64,000 nucleotides of DNA from Felis catus (lineage: Eukaryota): positions 96,164,001 to 96,228,000 of the forward strand of contig NC_058368.1 in NCBI RefSeq assembly GCF_018350175.1. Reading direction: 5' to 3'. Each line of letters begins with the position of its first letter. Position 1 is the stretch's first letter. Position numbers and translations under genes: made by a program. This document shows positions 13,451 to 24,695 of the stretch, piece after piece. The notes beneath the pieces are model-generated. The model had not been told where the DNA came from and did no database searches. It saw nothing but the letters and a program-made list of their open reading frames with translations.

Positions 13451-14199
13451 TTTGACATGATGCTATTGGAGGAATGCTAAATGATCTTTTTTCCTACCGT
13501 ATTTCCAATAAAAAAAAAAAGGCAGCTTTTGTTTTTAGCTACGTTTCAAAGAATATGCTAAAAATTTGGATATATTTTTAAATGTTCACTAATTGTAAAA
13601 ACAAACTTTTGGTATAAGGGTAAGAGTTTTTAAGTGTAAGAACATAATAAGCATTTTCAAATGGGAGGGATTAAAAAAAAAAGCCAGATCCTTCTTAGGA
13701 AGAAAACTCTCGTTTCGTTACTGGGCATATTTCGGTGTGAAGAAGTGAATTTCCTCCCTTGGCCAGCACTCTGGTAATCGTCCCTGAGGAGAGGTTGTAA
13801 TTTACAGTGTTCTGCCTGTGGACATAAATGGAAATCTAGAAGTTTGTATCCAGAAACTGGGGTGCCTAAAGACTGAGATACTTTATATTTGGAAATCAAG
13901 AGACATGTAAGGAAAAGAGGAAAGTCCCACCAAAGGACTAGAGGCTGGGGGCCCAGCTGAAGGACAAGTGCATCAAGTCATTCTCCCAGGCAAGGAATAG
14001 CTAAGTTTTTCAGGACAATGATACCTGATATTCTATTTTAAGCCTTCTGGATGTCGTTGTAGTTTTCTCTACTAACCCACATTGTGAGTAAAGTCTGTTA
14101 CATTCACCTGGTACAGATGACACTCCGATAGAATGAACAGAAGCGTGATAAGTAGAACATTTGCTCAAAGCTGTCCCAGGCTAATCTGCAGAATATGTT

Positions 14200-14568
14200 T
14201 GACTTACCCTGAGAAGGACTCAGTGTTTCTGAGTCCACTGTTTCTTCCAAGGTGAATGGGGTCACATGAGAAGGCATGTGGATCACCTTGGGGACTTGGG
14301 AGTGGCCCCTGGCTGACGGCCAGTGAGGAAACTGGGACCTTAGTCCTATATCCACAAAGAACTGAATTCTGCATAAATGAGTTTAAACTTGGATTCTTTC
14401 CCAGAGATTCCACATAATAGCTGAGTCCAGCCAACACCTTGATTTCAGTCTTGATCATGAATCTACTCAAGCTCATTGGGATCTACAAAATTTGAGCTAA
14501 TGAACGGATATTGAGTCAAGCTGCTAAGGTTGTGCTAACGCGTTACACAGAAATAGAAAGCTAATATA
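14200..14568 (+). mobile_element. MLT1 (ERVL-MaLR) solo LTR, MLT1E/F-like
   Basis: GGCCCCTGGCTGACGGCCAGTGAGGAAACTGGGACCTTAGTCCTA...AGAACTGAATTCTGC...CCAGCCAACACCTTGATTTCAG...GTTACACAGAAATAGAAAGCTAATATA. Confidence 0.85.
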
Positions 14569-14635
14569 AATCCTACTAATCATGGGCCAAAAGGAGTGGG
14601 CATAGCAAAGGAATCACAAGATATAAGAGAGCATT

Positions 14636-14763
14636 GGGGCCCTAGGTGGCTCAGTGAGTTAGGTATCCAACTCACGATTTTGACTCAGGTCATGATCTTA
14701 CAGGTTTGTGAGTTCGAGGCCCACAGTGGGCTCCTCATGCGGACACTGTGGAGCCCGTTTGGG

Positions 14764-14807
<44 letters not shown>

Positions 14808-14860
14808 CCTCCCATACACGCTTTCTCTCTCATTTTCTTCTTCAAAATAAATAAATAAAA
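14636..14860 (+). mobile_element. SINEC with long (CT)n
   Basis: GTGGCTCAG head, GTTCGAGGCC B box, (CT)n, (AAAT)n tail. Confidence 0.95.
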
Positions 14861-15055
14861 GGGAGAGAGAGAGGAGAGCCTAAACAGAAAATAAAATCCA
14901 CATAAAAGATTGGCTGGTAGGTAAGCTGCCGCAGGGCTCAAGGTTTCCCACAGTAGACTGGATGCTCATGCTTTCACTTTACATTTTAAATGAATATGAA
15001 CACCCGATTCCCCAGATTTTGGGGAACATTTTGTGGTAAAGATATAAAATTATTT

Positions 15056-15268
15056 GGGCGCCTGGGTGGCTCAGTCGGTTGAGCATCCGACTTTGGCTCA
15101 GGTCAGATCTCACGGTTTGTGGGTTCGAGCCCTGCATCTAGCTCTGTGCTGACAGCTCAGAGCCTGGATCCTGCTTCGGATTCTGTGTCTCCCTCTCTGT
15201 CTGCTCCTAACCCACTCGCATTCTGTCTCTGTATCTCTCAAAAATAAATAAACATTAAACAAATTTTA
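15056..15268 (+). mobile_element. SINEC (felid type)
   Basis: Canonical head and body; TSD AAA(G/A)ATATAAAATTATT. Confidence 0.96.
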
Positions 15269-15653
15269 AAAAATATAAAATTATTGCCCCTACTTTGTGA
15301 AAGAATTGGCGAGTAGGAGATTTCAGTGAGCTGGACCAGGAGGGAAGGTGGAAATTTCTTAGCTTGGGTGAATACATAAAATTATACTTATCCTACTTTA
15401 AAGTAATCCGTTTTTTTCTAGATAGATCCTAGGAAGTTATAAGGGTATAAACTATCAACCATCTCGTATTTCAGAGGCAGCAGAGATCAGATGTCTTATT
15501 CTATGGTCTTGAAGATATTAGCAAGTAAATCTGGATAAAAGCATGTTCTTGACTATGGTGATATTATTTGTGGAATTGAATGACATTAAATTAAGATGGG
15601 AATATCAAAGGTCAGAATACACAGACTCGTGTGTATGTATAGGTGTAGATTTG

Positions 15654-15746
15654 GATATAGATATAGGTATAATAGATATAGATATAGATATAGATATAGA
15701 TATAGATATAGATATAGATATAGATATAGATATAGATAGATATAGA
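15654..15746. repeat. (TAGATA)n hexanucleotide microsatellite
   Basis: Directly visible; source of the IDIDID and YLYLYL pseudo-ORFs. Confidence 0.95.
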
Positions 15747-15992
15747 GGGAGAATATATATACAAACATTTTCTAAAGACTACCAATTAAATGCGGAAAAC
15801 TGATCACACATACTTACTGCTAATCTCATCACAAATCCTACTAAAATGCAGGTTAAAGGATTTGGGGAAAGCAGAAACCTGAAAGTACAAAGGAAACAGG
15901 AGAGGCAAATTCAACAACACAAACTGGAAACCAGACAACACTTGGGTAAATGGTTCTTGACCTAAGAGTGCTGCTAAAGACCTGAGAAAACT

Positions 15993-16168
15993 GGGGGCAC
16001 CTGGGTGGCTCAGGCCTCCCACTCTTGACTCCCACTCAGGTCATGAACTCACAGTTTGTGGGTTCGAGCCCTCGTCAGGCTCTGTGCTGACAGCATGAAG
16101 CCTGCTTGGGATTCTCTCTCTTCTCTCTCTCCCCCTCTGGCTCTGCCTCCCCCTCTCTCTGTTAAAAA
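15993..16168 (+). mobile_element. SINEC with small internal deletion and eroded tail
   Basis: GGGGCACCTGGGTGGCTCAG, GTTCGAGCCC, GCCTGCTTGGGATTCTCTC. Confidence 0.93.
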
Positions 16169-16199
16169 TCTCCCCTAGAGATGGGGGAGGCCATCTCCA

Positions 16200-17460
16200 G
16201 GCACATTCATGATTTAACACCTTGGGAAAGCTTGAAAATTGAAGGCATATTACAGCTGATAGTAGGGAAGCAGGTGATGCTGAAAACAGTTGTACTGTTT
16301 TAGTATCTCCTAGATTATTTGCCACTCTCTGTAGAGTTGCTTACTCTTCTTTACTCTTCATGGCCAAAGACCGAAAATTTACTTCTTCGAGATGAACAGA
16401 GGCACTTCAATCCCAGAAACACTAGCTACAGCTGAGGAGGGGATATCTTATTGAAACCAGGGAGATTGAGCCCAAGACAATATAGTAACTGGCAACGTGT
16501 TAGGTCTCCTTCTTTTGCTAGACTCTGAATATAGGCAGCTGAGTTGAGAGGTCTGAGAGGTGATGAGGGCAGGGGTTGAAAGAATTGGCCTGCTGCCTGT
16601 TTTTATAAAGTTTTATTGCAACATAGGCACTACCTTCGTTTATGTATTTTTTTATGGCTGCTTTTGTGCTACAACAGCAGAATTGTATGGTTATACCCAA
16701 TACTTCTGTAGCTTATGAAGCATAACATATTTGCTATCTGGCCTTTTACAGAGAAAGTTTGCTAACCTCTGGACTAAAGACTTTTTAAGGAAACTGACTG
16801 GGACACGAGAAAAAAAATCTATAGATTTAGAGTTTCCAAATGAAATGGCTCTGCAAGTTTACCATAAAAAAAGACCACCAATTAACAAAGCCAACCTATG
16901 CAAATACAGTTTATAAACATCTTGGCAACGCTTGACTTCCCATTACATATAAAAGAACAGTCAAGGATTACCAGGGGTTTAAACAAAGCATCTGACATGA
17001 AATACAAAGATGAGGGAAAATAAAAAAGTGAAAGAAATCACGATAGAGTCAATGAAAATAGGAAAAGAAAACTCAAAACAGAAAACCAAAATAAAAATAT
17101 ACATACATATGTGTGTATATACACATATATGATTATACGATAAACTAAATATATATAAACTTATATGTAAGCTGTATATACTATATATGTGGATCTCATT
17201 AGAAACTAAACTGATAGTTTGATAGATACCAAAGAGAAAGTGGGGCTATATAAAAAGAGCACTGAGATCAGAAAAGCTTTCTTAAAAATGAATATACAAT
17301 AGCAGAAAGAAGATCAGAAGAAATTCTGGACAATAAAGTTCTTAAAAATCTAGAAAGTAGAACAACAAGGGAAGGAAGATGTCAAATAACGAGTTCTAGA
17401 CATTTCCTAAAACAGAAATACTAATGTTTCCAGATTGAGAAATGCCACCATTGCCTAGGG
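16200..17460 (+). mobile_element. HAL1-like or old L1M 5'/ORF1 region, interrupted by MER58A
   Basis: GGCCAAAGACCGAAAATTTACTTC and GACAATAAAGTT...AGAAAGTAGAACAACAAG...TTTCCAGATTGAGAAATGCCACCA resemble recalled HAL1 consensus and mirror the antisense copy at 43800-45990. Confidence 0.55.
16570..16771 (+). mobile_element. MER58A-like hAT-Charlie MITE
   Basis: CAGGGGTTG terminal repeat, CTGCCTGTTTTTATAAAGTTTTATTG, ATGGCTGCTTTTGTGCTACAACAGCAGA, TATCTGGCCTTTTACAGAGAAAGTTTGCTAACCTCTG. Confidence 0.88.
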
Positions 17461-17567
17461 CTCTTATACAACAGCTGATAATCCACAAGCTTTTCAAACT
17501 GAGCAGAATTTACATAATACAGTTTGGAAGAAGCACTAAAATATAGCCAATTGAACCAGTTTTAGTT

Positions 17568-17790
17568 TTTTTTTTTTTCAACTTTTTTTTTTTTAATTTA
17601 TTTTTGGGACAGAGAGAGACAGAGCATGAACGGCGGAGGGGCAGAGAGAGAGGGAGACACAGAATCGGAAACAGGCTCCAGGCTCTGAGCCATCAGCCCA
17701 GAGCCTGACGCCGGGCTCGAACTCATGGACCGCGAGATCGTGACCTGGCTGAAGTCGGACGCTTAACCGACTGCACCACCCAGGCGCCGC
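17568..17790 (-). mobile_element. Very young felid SINE (SINEC_Fc type)
   Basis: Near-identical antisense of 6012-6257; perfect 15-bp TSD GAACCAGTTTTAGTT at 17553-17567 and 17791-17805. Confidence 0.98.
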
Positions 17791-17818
17791 GAACCAGTTT
17801 TAGTTCTAGTAATCTGAT

Positions 17819-17866
<48 letters not shown>
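17819..17866. repeat. (TG)n microsatellite
   Basis: Directly visible. Confidence 0.97.
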
Positions 17867-17869
<3 letters not shown>

Positions 17870-17954
17870 ATGCTTCTATAGATGTATATGAGTTTATATG
17901 TAGAATATAATCAGTTAATATATTATAAAATTTTATAAATTATACCTGTAAGTG

Positions 17955-17956
<2 letters not shown>

Positions 17957-18022
<66 letters not shown>
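17957..18022. repeat. Compound (TG)n(TA)n microsatellite
   Basis: Directly visible. Confidence 0.97.
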
Positions 18023-18025
<3 letters not shown>

Positions 18026-18044
18026 TACATAAATACATACATAT

Positions 18045-18314
18045 AAAATTTTGCAAAGTTTTAAAGACTAGAAATTACATATAAAATTCCGGATTCGTGG
18101 CTTCAATTGAACCATCAGGAGACTTTGCCACATAAAGATCCTTATACGTGGCAATAATCAACTAGAACAAAAGAAAGGTTTTGCCCTCTAAATAGAGTGT
18201 ATGCTCTCTACTTTGCCGTAGTTTCTGCCACTGTCTAGTGTATCACAAATGAACCACCTTGTTCATTTATGGCACTGTCTTGTCTCCTGTAGATCTTTAT
18301 ATTGGAAACCCCTG
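18045..18314 (+). mobile_element. MER102-like hAT-Charlie element
   Basis: AAATTCCGGATTCGTGGCTTCAATTGAACCATCAGGAGACTTTGCCACA...GGCAATAATCA...TGCTCTCTACTTTGCC...CCTGTAG...GAAACCCCTG terminus. Confidence 0.65.
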
Positions 18315-18449
18315 GTTTGTGCCTACTCCATGAAAACATCTCTGGCTATTCCATTCACTTGAGATCCCTGCTTCTGGATGCTCCTGTAAATTTCTTACTT
18401 GCTTCTCTTTCATTCTTTATATTAACAGCAAAACAAACAAATGAATACA

Positions 18450-18610
18450 GTCTATAACCAAAAGCGACATTAGATGTCTTTATCCCCTAATGCGTTTTAA
18501 ACCCCTTCAGAGTTTGGATGAAGTGTCATTTGATGTTTTTCCTCCCAAGGACCTTAGCACAGTAAAGCACCTGTATTCAGCAAACATTTTTTCAAGAGGG
18601 TGAATGAGTA
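18450..18610 (+). mobile_element. L2 3' end fragment
   Basis: CCTTAGCACAGT...TATTCAGCAAACATTT...TGAATGAGT. Confidence 0.45.
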
Positions 18611-20377
18611 GATAATTAAGTTTCCCCAGAATGTATTTTCAATAGGTTCAATTTATCATTTCCGTTAAAATGGCAAATACAGAAGTATAGCTCAAGAGAG
18701 AGGGCCATACATAAGAATCATTTGGAATTTTCAGTTATGTAGATACCAAAAATTTTGTATTTTGCCCTTCATATCTAAATAAATTTGGTATTCGTCAAAC
18801 TGTATTTGGTTGTCTCATCTGCACATGTGTTTTCCTCATCTTTTCTGCAATTATCTTAATGGAATCCTTACTTGGACCCTCACACCTCTAGCCATATGGA
18901 AATAAGTTGTTATTTGATATGACCTTGTATCATTACTTCAGCCTCTTAAGACACTTTTGTATTCAAAGCGCAAAAACCTGTCTTCATTAGTGGTAGAGTG
19001 ATTTGTTCAAGGGCAGGGAGTTATTGAATCTCACAGTTAACCTGTTAAACCCAAATTGCTTAGAAGATCGTAAATTTGGAGGCATTGCTCTTCTCTTTAA
19101 GTTGGATAAAACAGAGTTTCGTCTCATGGACTCTTGATCTCAGGTTTGTTTGAATGGTTTAAGCACCTGGCTCCAGGGGATTAGACAGAATGAACTAATA
19201 TTCAATAAATTGGCTAACTAAAATGTAGCTTTTCAAACAGAATAAAAATTGACTAATGGATGACTTTTGAAATTACAGCATAACTCTCGATAGGAAGCCC
19301 TAAGTTTCTTCTTTATCATTGGATTTCGGAGAAGAGAGGCATAAATGGTCTCTCTGCTCCTTAAAATTGGGCCTTCACTCAACCTTCTGAATACTCTTGC
19401 TTTTGTATTCTTGTTTTGTATTCTTGAGCTCTGGGGGGGGGGGGAAATGAATGATAAGCTCATCAAGAGAATTAAAGTGCAGTGGTTGCATATTAGTCTA
19501 ATGGAATTGTCAAGTCTCATTAATAATAGGAATGTATCATTTGCAATCAATCAGCTATTCATTGATAGCAACAGCAACGCTGTCTTCATTTTTTTTTTTT
19601 TTTTAAATACCATTAAGTTAGACTGGGATTCTTTCTACATGTTTTATAATTCTTTTACAAACCATTTTAAAATTACTGTCATTTTTACTTTTTTGGAAGA
19701 GTTCATCTCTGTCATATCGATGTGACTGGGAAAGAATCAGATTAAGTTAAAAGATTTGGTTTGGCTGATTTATTCACCACTAAGTGGTTTCTTCTTTTCC
19801 TTGGTAAATCAGACAGTAATGTCCTAGTTTGAAGGTAGAGGCATTTTATATGGCTCATTACATGTGTGTGTAAAGAATTAAAAATGAGCCAGTTGGACTG
19901 ATGGTAGCCTGAGCACAGGCAGGGAAATATGTTAAATTGGGGGCTAAAGGTTAACTTTGTGACTCCCCTTGACTTGTGAAAATTTCTGCTAAGCCAGCGA
20001 GACTGAGTCTAATCTGCTTTCTACTCTAGTGACTTTTTAAGAATCTCAAGCCAAGAAATAGCCTTTTCCTTTCCAGCAGAACAGGAAAAATGTACAAGTT
20101 TCAAGAAGAAAGTGAAAACTGATGGCTTTCAAAATACTGGAAAAAGTAAAATATAAGTATTTTTGATACTTGCATACCTATTGTTTTAAATATAATTTTA
20201 GAAATAGGTAAAGGTTTCTGGTATCATTCACCAGGTTTCTTTGTGCAAAACCAAAGTATATGGTCTCAGTCTCATTATGCAAACCATTAATTTTTAAAAA
20301 TTCAACAGATTCTGTTATTTACAGCTAGTGGACTTCTTAGCACACATCTAAATGATACATTTTATTTTATTTTAGGT

Positions 20378-21080
20378 AAATTTTTATTGAAGCATCATGT
20401 ACCAATGGAAAAGCACCCAGATCATAATTATACAGCTTATTCTGTATAATTACATGCACAGTGAGCCTACCCATGTAACCAGTACCCAGATTTAGAGGTG
20501 GGACATTCCAAACAACCTGAAATCATCCCCTATCTCCTCTCAGGACCTATCCTCTGAAAGGTAACTAACATCTTGAATTCTAATACATACATGATTTCTT
20601 TTGTTGTTTCTCAAAGTACGGTTGTACTCTTTTGGTTTTATCTCTCCGTTATATTTTTAAATTTGTCCATGTTATTGGCTGAAGCAACAGTGTGTTTGAT
20701 CTAATCATGTATTGCATCCCATTGGATGAAGTATTTGAGTTCTCCGTGGAGGCTATGATAAGTAATATTCTATTGGCATGATTAAATATGTCTTTCTGTT
20801 GAGCATGCGTCTGGGCCTGACATCACTAGGTTAAATGATAAGCTTAGACTCAGCTTGGTGGATGTTGCCAAAATCATTTTCAAGGTGATTTTTCCCAGTC
20901 TTTATTCCCCCTAACAGTGTATGAGGGTTCCAGCTGTGCTTTTACCTTGTCAACACTTGGTATTGTCCATCTTTTCATTTCAGCCATTCCTCTAGCAGAA
21001 TAGATGTATCACATTGTGATCTAATTTGCTTTCCTCTAGTGACTAATTAAGCATCTTTTGTAATGTTTATTTGCTAGATT
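20378..21080 (-). mobile_element. Old L1 (L1ME/L1MD-type) 3' end
   Basis: TTTTTATTGAAG...CCCATGTAACCAGTACCCAGAT...AACAGTGTATGAGGGTTCCAG...CAACACTTGGTATTGTC...TTTCAGCCATTC. Confidence 0.85.
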
Positions 21081-21092
21081 GGTGGGCATTCC

Positions 21093-21313
21093 TTTTTTTT
21101 TTTTTTAATGTTTATTTTTGAGAGCGACAGACAGAGTGTGAGCAGGGGATGGGGCAGAGAGAGAGAGAGAGAGAAAGGGAGACACAGAATCAAGCAGTCT
21201 CCAGACTTTCAGCTGTCAGCCCAGAGCCCATTGTGGAGCTCAAACTCAGAGACTGTGAGATAATGACCTGAGCTGAAGTCGATGCTTAACTGACTGGGCC
21301 ACCCAGGTGCCCC
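21093..21313 (-). mobile_element. SINEC
   Basis: Poly-T, (GA)n, reverse head CCACCCAGGTGCCCC; degenerate TSD. Confidence 0.96.
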
Positions 21314-23519
21314 TAGGTTGGTTGGTATTCTTAAGGGTGTGAACAAACTCAAATGTCTTCTAAATCAGTTGTTAACATTAGGGCTCAGAATGCTGAGAAT
21401 GAGACCACTCTAGTGGATCTGAAGCCTCCATGCCCTTGGGAATAAAATTGTTAGACAAAAACATTTCGCTTTAGCTCCGCCAGTTTCATCATACCTGTAC
21501 TGGAAGTCTTGGACAAGTAGATTTTGTCAGGGTAAAGAGAGATTGGGTAGATAGAAAAGATATCTAAGGGAGCTAAAGAAAAAAATGTCATGGCATTTAT
21601 AATTTTCCTATTGTGGGAAGTAGGTTTAACCTCAAAAACTCCTGTCAAACAGACTGAAAATGTTTATATCATAACCCTGCTCACCCAGAATTAAGACTGA
21701 GGAAAGTGTGATGGAACACAGTCCTTCCCTGCATTCTTGGGTTCACATTGAGGGAAACAGACCCCCGCACTTACCTGCTAACACTGCTGTGAAGGAACTC
21801 AAAACCAGTGCACATGCAAATACTTACAGCTTCCAAAAAAATAGCGGGGACCCTAAAACAAGAAAACGGCAACCACTGATGAGCAGTAATGGATGATAGT
21901 AGCAAGGGCCACACAGGGAAGAAATAGAAACTCTTCTCCAGGTCACGCTCATTTTGACACCTTAGAAGGTACTTAGCAAAGGGTGTCTAGGGAGCTTTAT
22001 GAGACCAAAGCTGTATAGGACTTAATGTCTCTACCTGAACGGAATAGATCAGGTTGCGGGGGCAGTTAGTGGAAGTGAATGTGTCCTTTAGACAAATTAT
22101 CTTTGCTCTCTTCTTAAATACAGGCAATCCCAAGTGGCCTAAGTGAAGGCATATCTAAGACAGAGTAAATTAAGAAAGAAGAAAGGGAAAGAGAGATCAT
22201 TGGGACAAGTTATTTGGAAAGCAAAGAGAGAGAACTAATTAGCCCGTATATATTGAACGTGTTTTGTGTTCAGTGCTCGGGAGTAAAGCATCTATTTGAG
22301 ATGAGGTTTACAAGCCTGGAGACAAAAATCAGCAGGGCAGGATTAATTCCACTCAGCAATCCTTGGAGGCATCCTATGGCCCCTGAGGCCCCATTGATGA
22401 CATCATGCAAAAGGAGCCACAAGGTGCACTCTACTTGGTCTTGGTCAACCCAGAATATTCTATGAAGCCAATATGAACAGATAGATAGGGCCATTGGAGT
22501 AAAGTTCTCTTTTCTTTCAAAATCAGACATTCTAATACATTTTCCATCCATTGTGTCTTGCGAATGGATCTTTGCCTTTTGGCATTTTGAGAGATACAGC
22601 TTCTCTCCTGCCATGTCCACCTTCTTTGTTCCCCTCTTTGCCACACCCTTCTCCATTTATCTTTTTAAAGAGACACGCCTCTCTCCATGTATTTTACAGG
22701 GGAGTCTGGGTGGGAGAAAGGGCTATTTTTCCCATTGGCATGCAGTTGGGCATTTGTGGCCTGCCGCAGTTAAGACCGTGTGTCAATTATTGAATTGTAT
22801 ATCAGTCTTTCTTAATGTGATCCCCACATAAAACTGTCCACCCAAACGTACACATTTATATTTTTTATTTTATAGCCAGGGAATAAGGGTCTTTCAGCTC
22901 TGAAGTAACAACCGGCAGATTGTGGTTGCTGCCTGCCTCCTGAATAGTTTATTGAGAGCATAGTTAAATTAACATGAGCTTTGTCATAACACTCCATCTT
23001 TGGAACAGGATTCATGATTTGGCTGACATTCCGCCCCCCCCCCCCCCGCCCCTTATTCCACGGTTAGATGTATTTTCATTCTATGAAGCTCAGCATTGGC
23101 CTCACTCAATTAGTAACTTGGACATGCCGTCTTACCTATTTTTTTTTTTTTTAAGAATTCAGGCTTGAGGAATAAACTTGCAGGTCTAATGAAAGATTTC
23201 ATGGTGTTCAAGTTGGTAAGTCTCTCAACACGTTATATAAAAGAAAGAGGCTACCACGTTCTATTTGTGAGGAAGCTCGACCAGCAGGACAGTCCACCTG
23301 TCTTTCTGAAGTGGTATATCTCTCATCTTCCATCCTGCCCCTAGGAACTCTAACTTCATTTATTTTGTTCTACCTATGCAGATAAAAAAGTGCAGGGATG
23401 GAAAAAGGAAATCTCTTGTGGTCTCAGAGAAGTATTGCCAAGTTGGAGGGCAGGTTAGCCCTTGGAAGTTTATTTGTTGGGTCACGTGGAGTCTGCACGC
23501 TAAAGAATTACTCTGCTGA

Positions 23520-23738
23520 GGGGCGCCTGGGTGGCTCAGTGGGTTAAGCGTCTGGCATTGGCTCAGGTTATGATCTCATGGTTCATGAGTTTGAGCCCCG
23601 CATCGGGCTCTGTGCTGACAGCTCAGAGCCTGGAGCCTGCTTCGGATTCTGTGTCTCCCTCTCTCTCTGCCCCTCCTCCGCTTGCACTCTGTCTCTTTCT
23701 CTCTCAGAAATAAATACACATTAAAAAATAAATAAATA
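23520..23738 (+). mobile_element. SINEC (felid type)
   Basis: Canonical body; TSD AATTACTCTGCT at 23506-23517 and 23739-23750. Confidence 0.97.
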
Positions 23739-24617
23739 AATTACTCTGCTTGTTTTGATCCATAGAAATCACTATTCTTTGAAGAGCAGGACACCCTGAA
23801 ACATCTACCCAGAAGTTGTACTTTCTGGGCTTTCATAGATGGGCACGTTTGGTTCCTTCTCTCCTATTCTCAACTCACTTCTCCAAAAAAGAGTGTAATT
23901 AAGCATTAGCTTCTGGGCTACCATTTCTGTTCAGGATGTCAGTAAAGATCAATGGGCAACACCAAGGCATAAGTCCAGGTTTCATGAATACATTTCCCCC
24001 AACCATGAAATTCAAATACGTTCATCTGAGTGCCTCATAGAAAGCTAGAGCCAGAAGCCTCCCAAATACAATTGCAGAGAATAGCTTCAGCAGGGAAATA
24101 ATGGTCTGGCAGATACAGCTCTCCATGAGGGGTAAGTGACAGCATCGTGAAGCTGGAATTGGGGCTCATTACAGGAAATTGGGAGCATTTGTCTCAGACT
24201 CTACCACCCTGAGACCCCAGGCTTCCTGAGGGAAAGAGTCCAAATGAATACATCTGGGACATAATAAGCCAAACCACAGAGATTTTGTGCTGAGAAACAG
24301 AAAGCAGCAAGGCTGGAAGAGTGCCAAGGTTACAGTAAGGCATGAGCATATCATATAATATGGATGTCCGAGATGAAATATGGACATGCCCATGTGATGA
24401 ACGGCATATGGCCAGAACAGAAAGCACGTCTGCCCTTTGACTTGAAGTTCCAGGCCTCTACACATGGGAGACATTTATGTGAAGGGAAAAGTGCTCAAGA
24501 ATGGAAAGGAAAGTCATTGAGAAGTTGATTTTGATGGAAAGATTACTCAGGTTAAATAGGCTGCCTGTTACGGACAAGAAGGTAGAGAAAGGGTTAAATG
24601 AGACCTTGAAGAATGCG

Positions 24618-24695
24618 TTCTGTATAATCCTGATACCTAGCAGAGTTCCAGGCACATAGTTAGTGTTCAGTAAATATCCGTTAAATGAATGAATA
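24618..24695 (+). mobile_element. L2 3' terminus
   Basis: CCTAGCAGAGTTCCAGGCACATAGTTAGTGTTCAGTAAATATCCGTTAAATGAATGAAT. Confidence 0.8.

Noticed and set aside
13451..13519. Box C/D snoRNA as source of the orphan segment
   Set aside because: Only an imperfect C-box-like ATGATGC and no CTGA D box.
15543..15803. ORF with (ID)n repeat
   Set aside because: Translation of the (TAGATA)n microsatellite.
22214..22831. Cluster of 70-128 aa ORFs
   Set aside because: No recognisable domain or exon structure; lengths plausible by chance.
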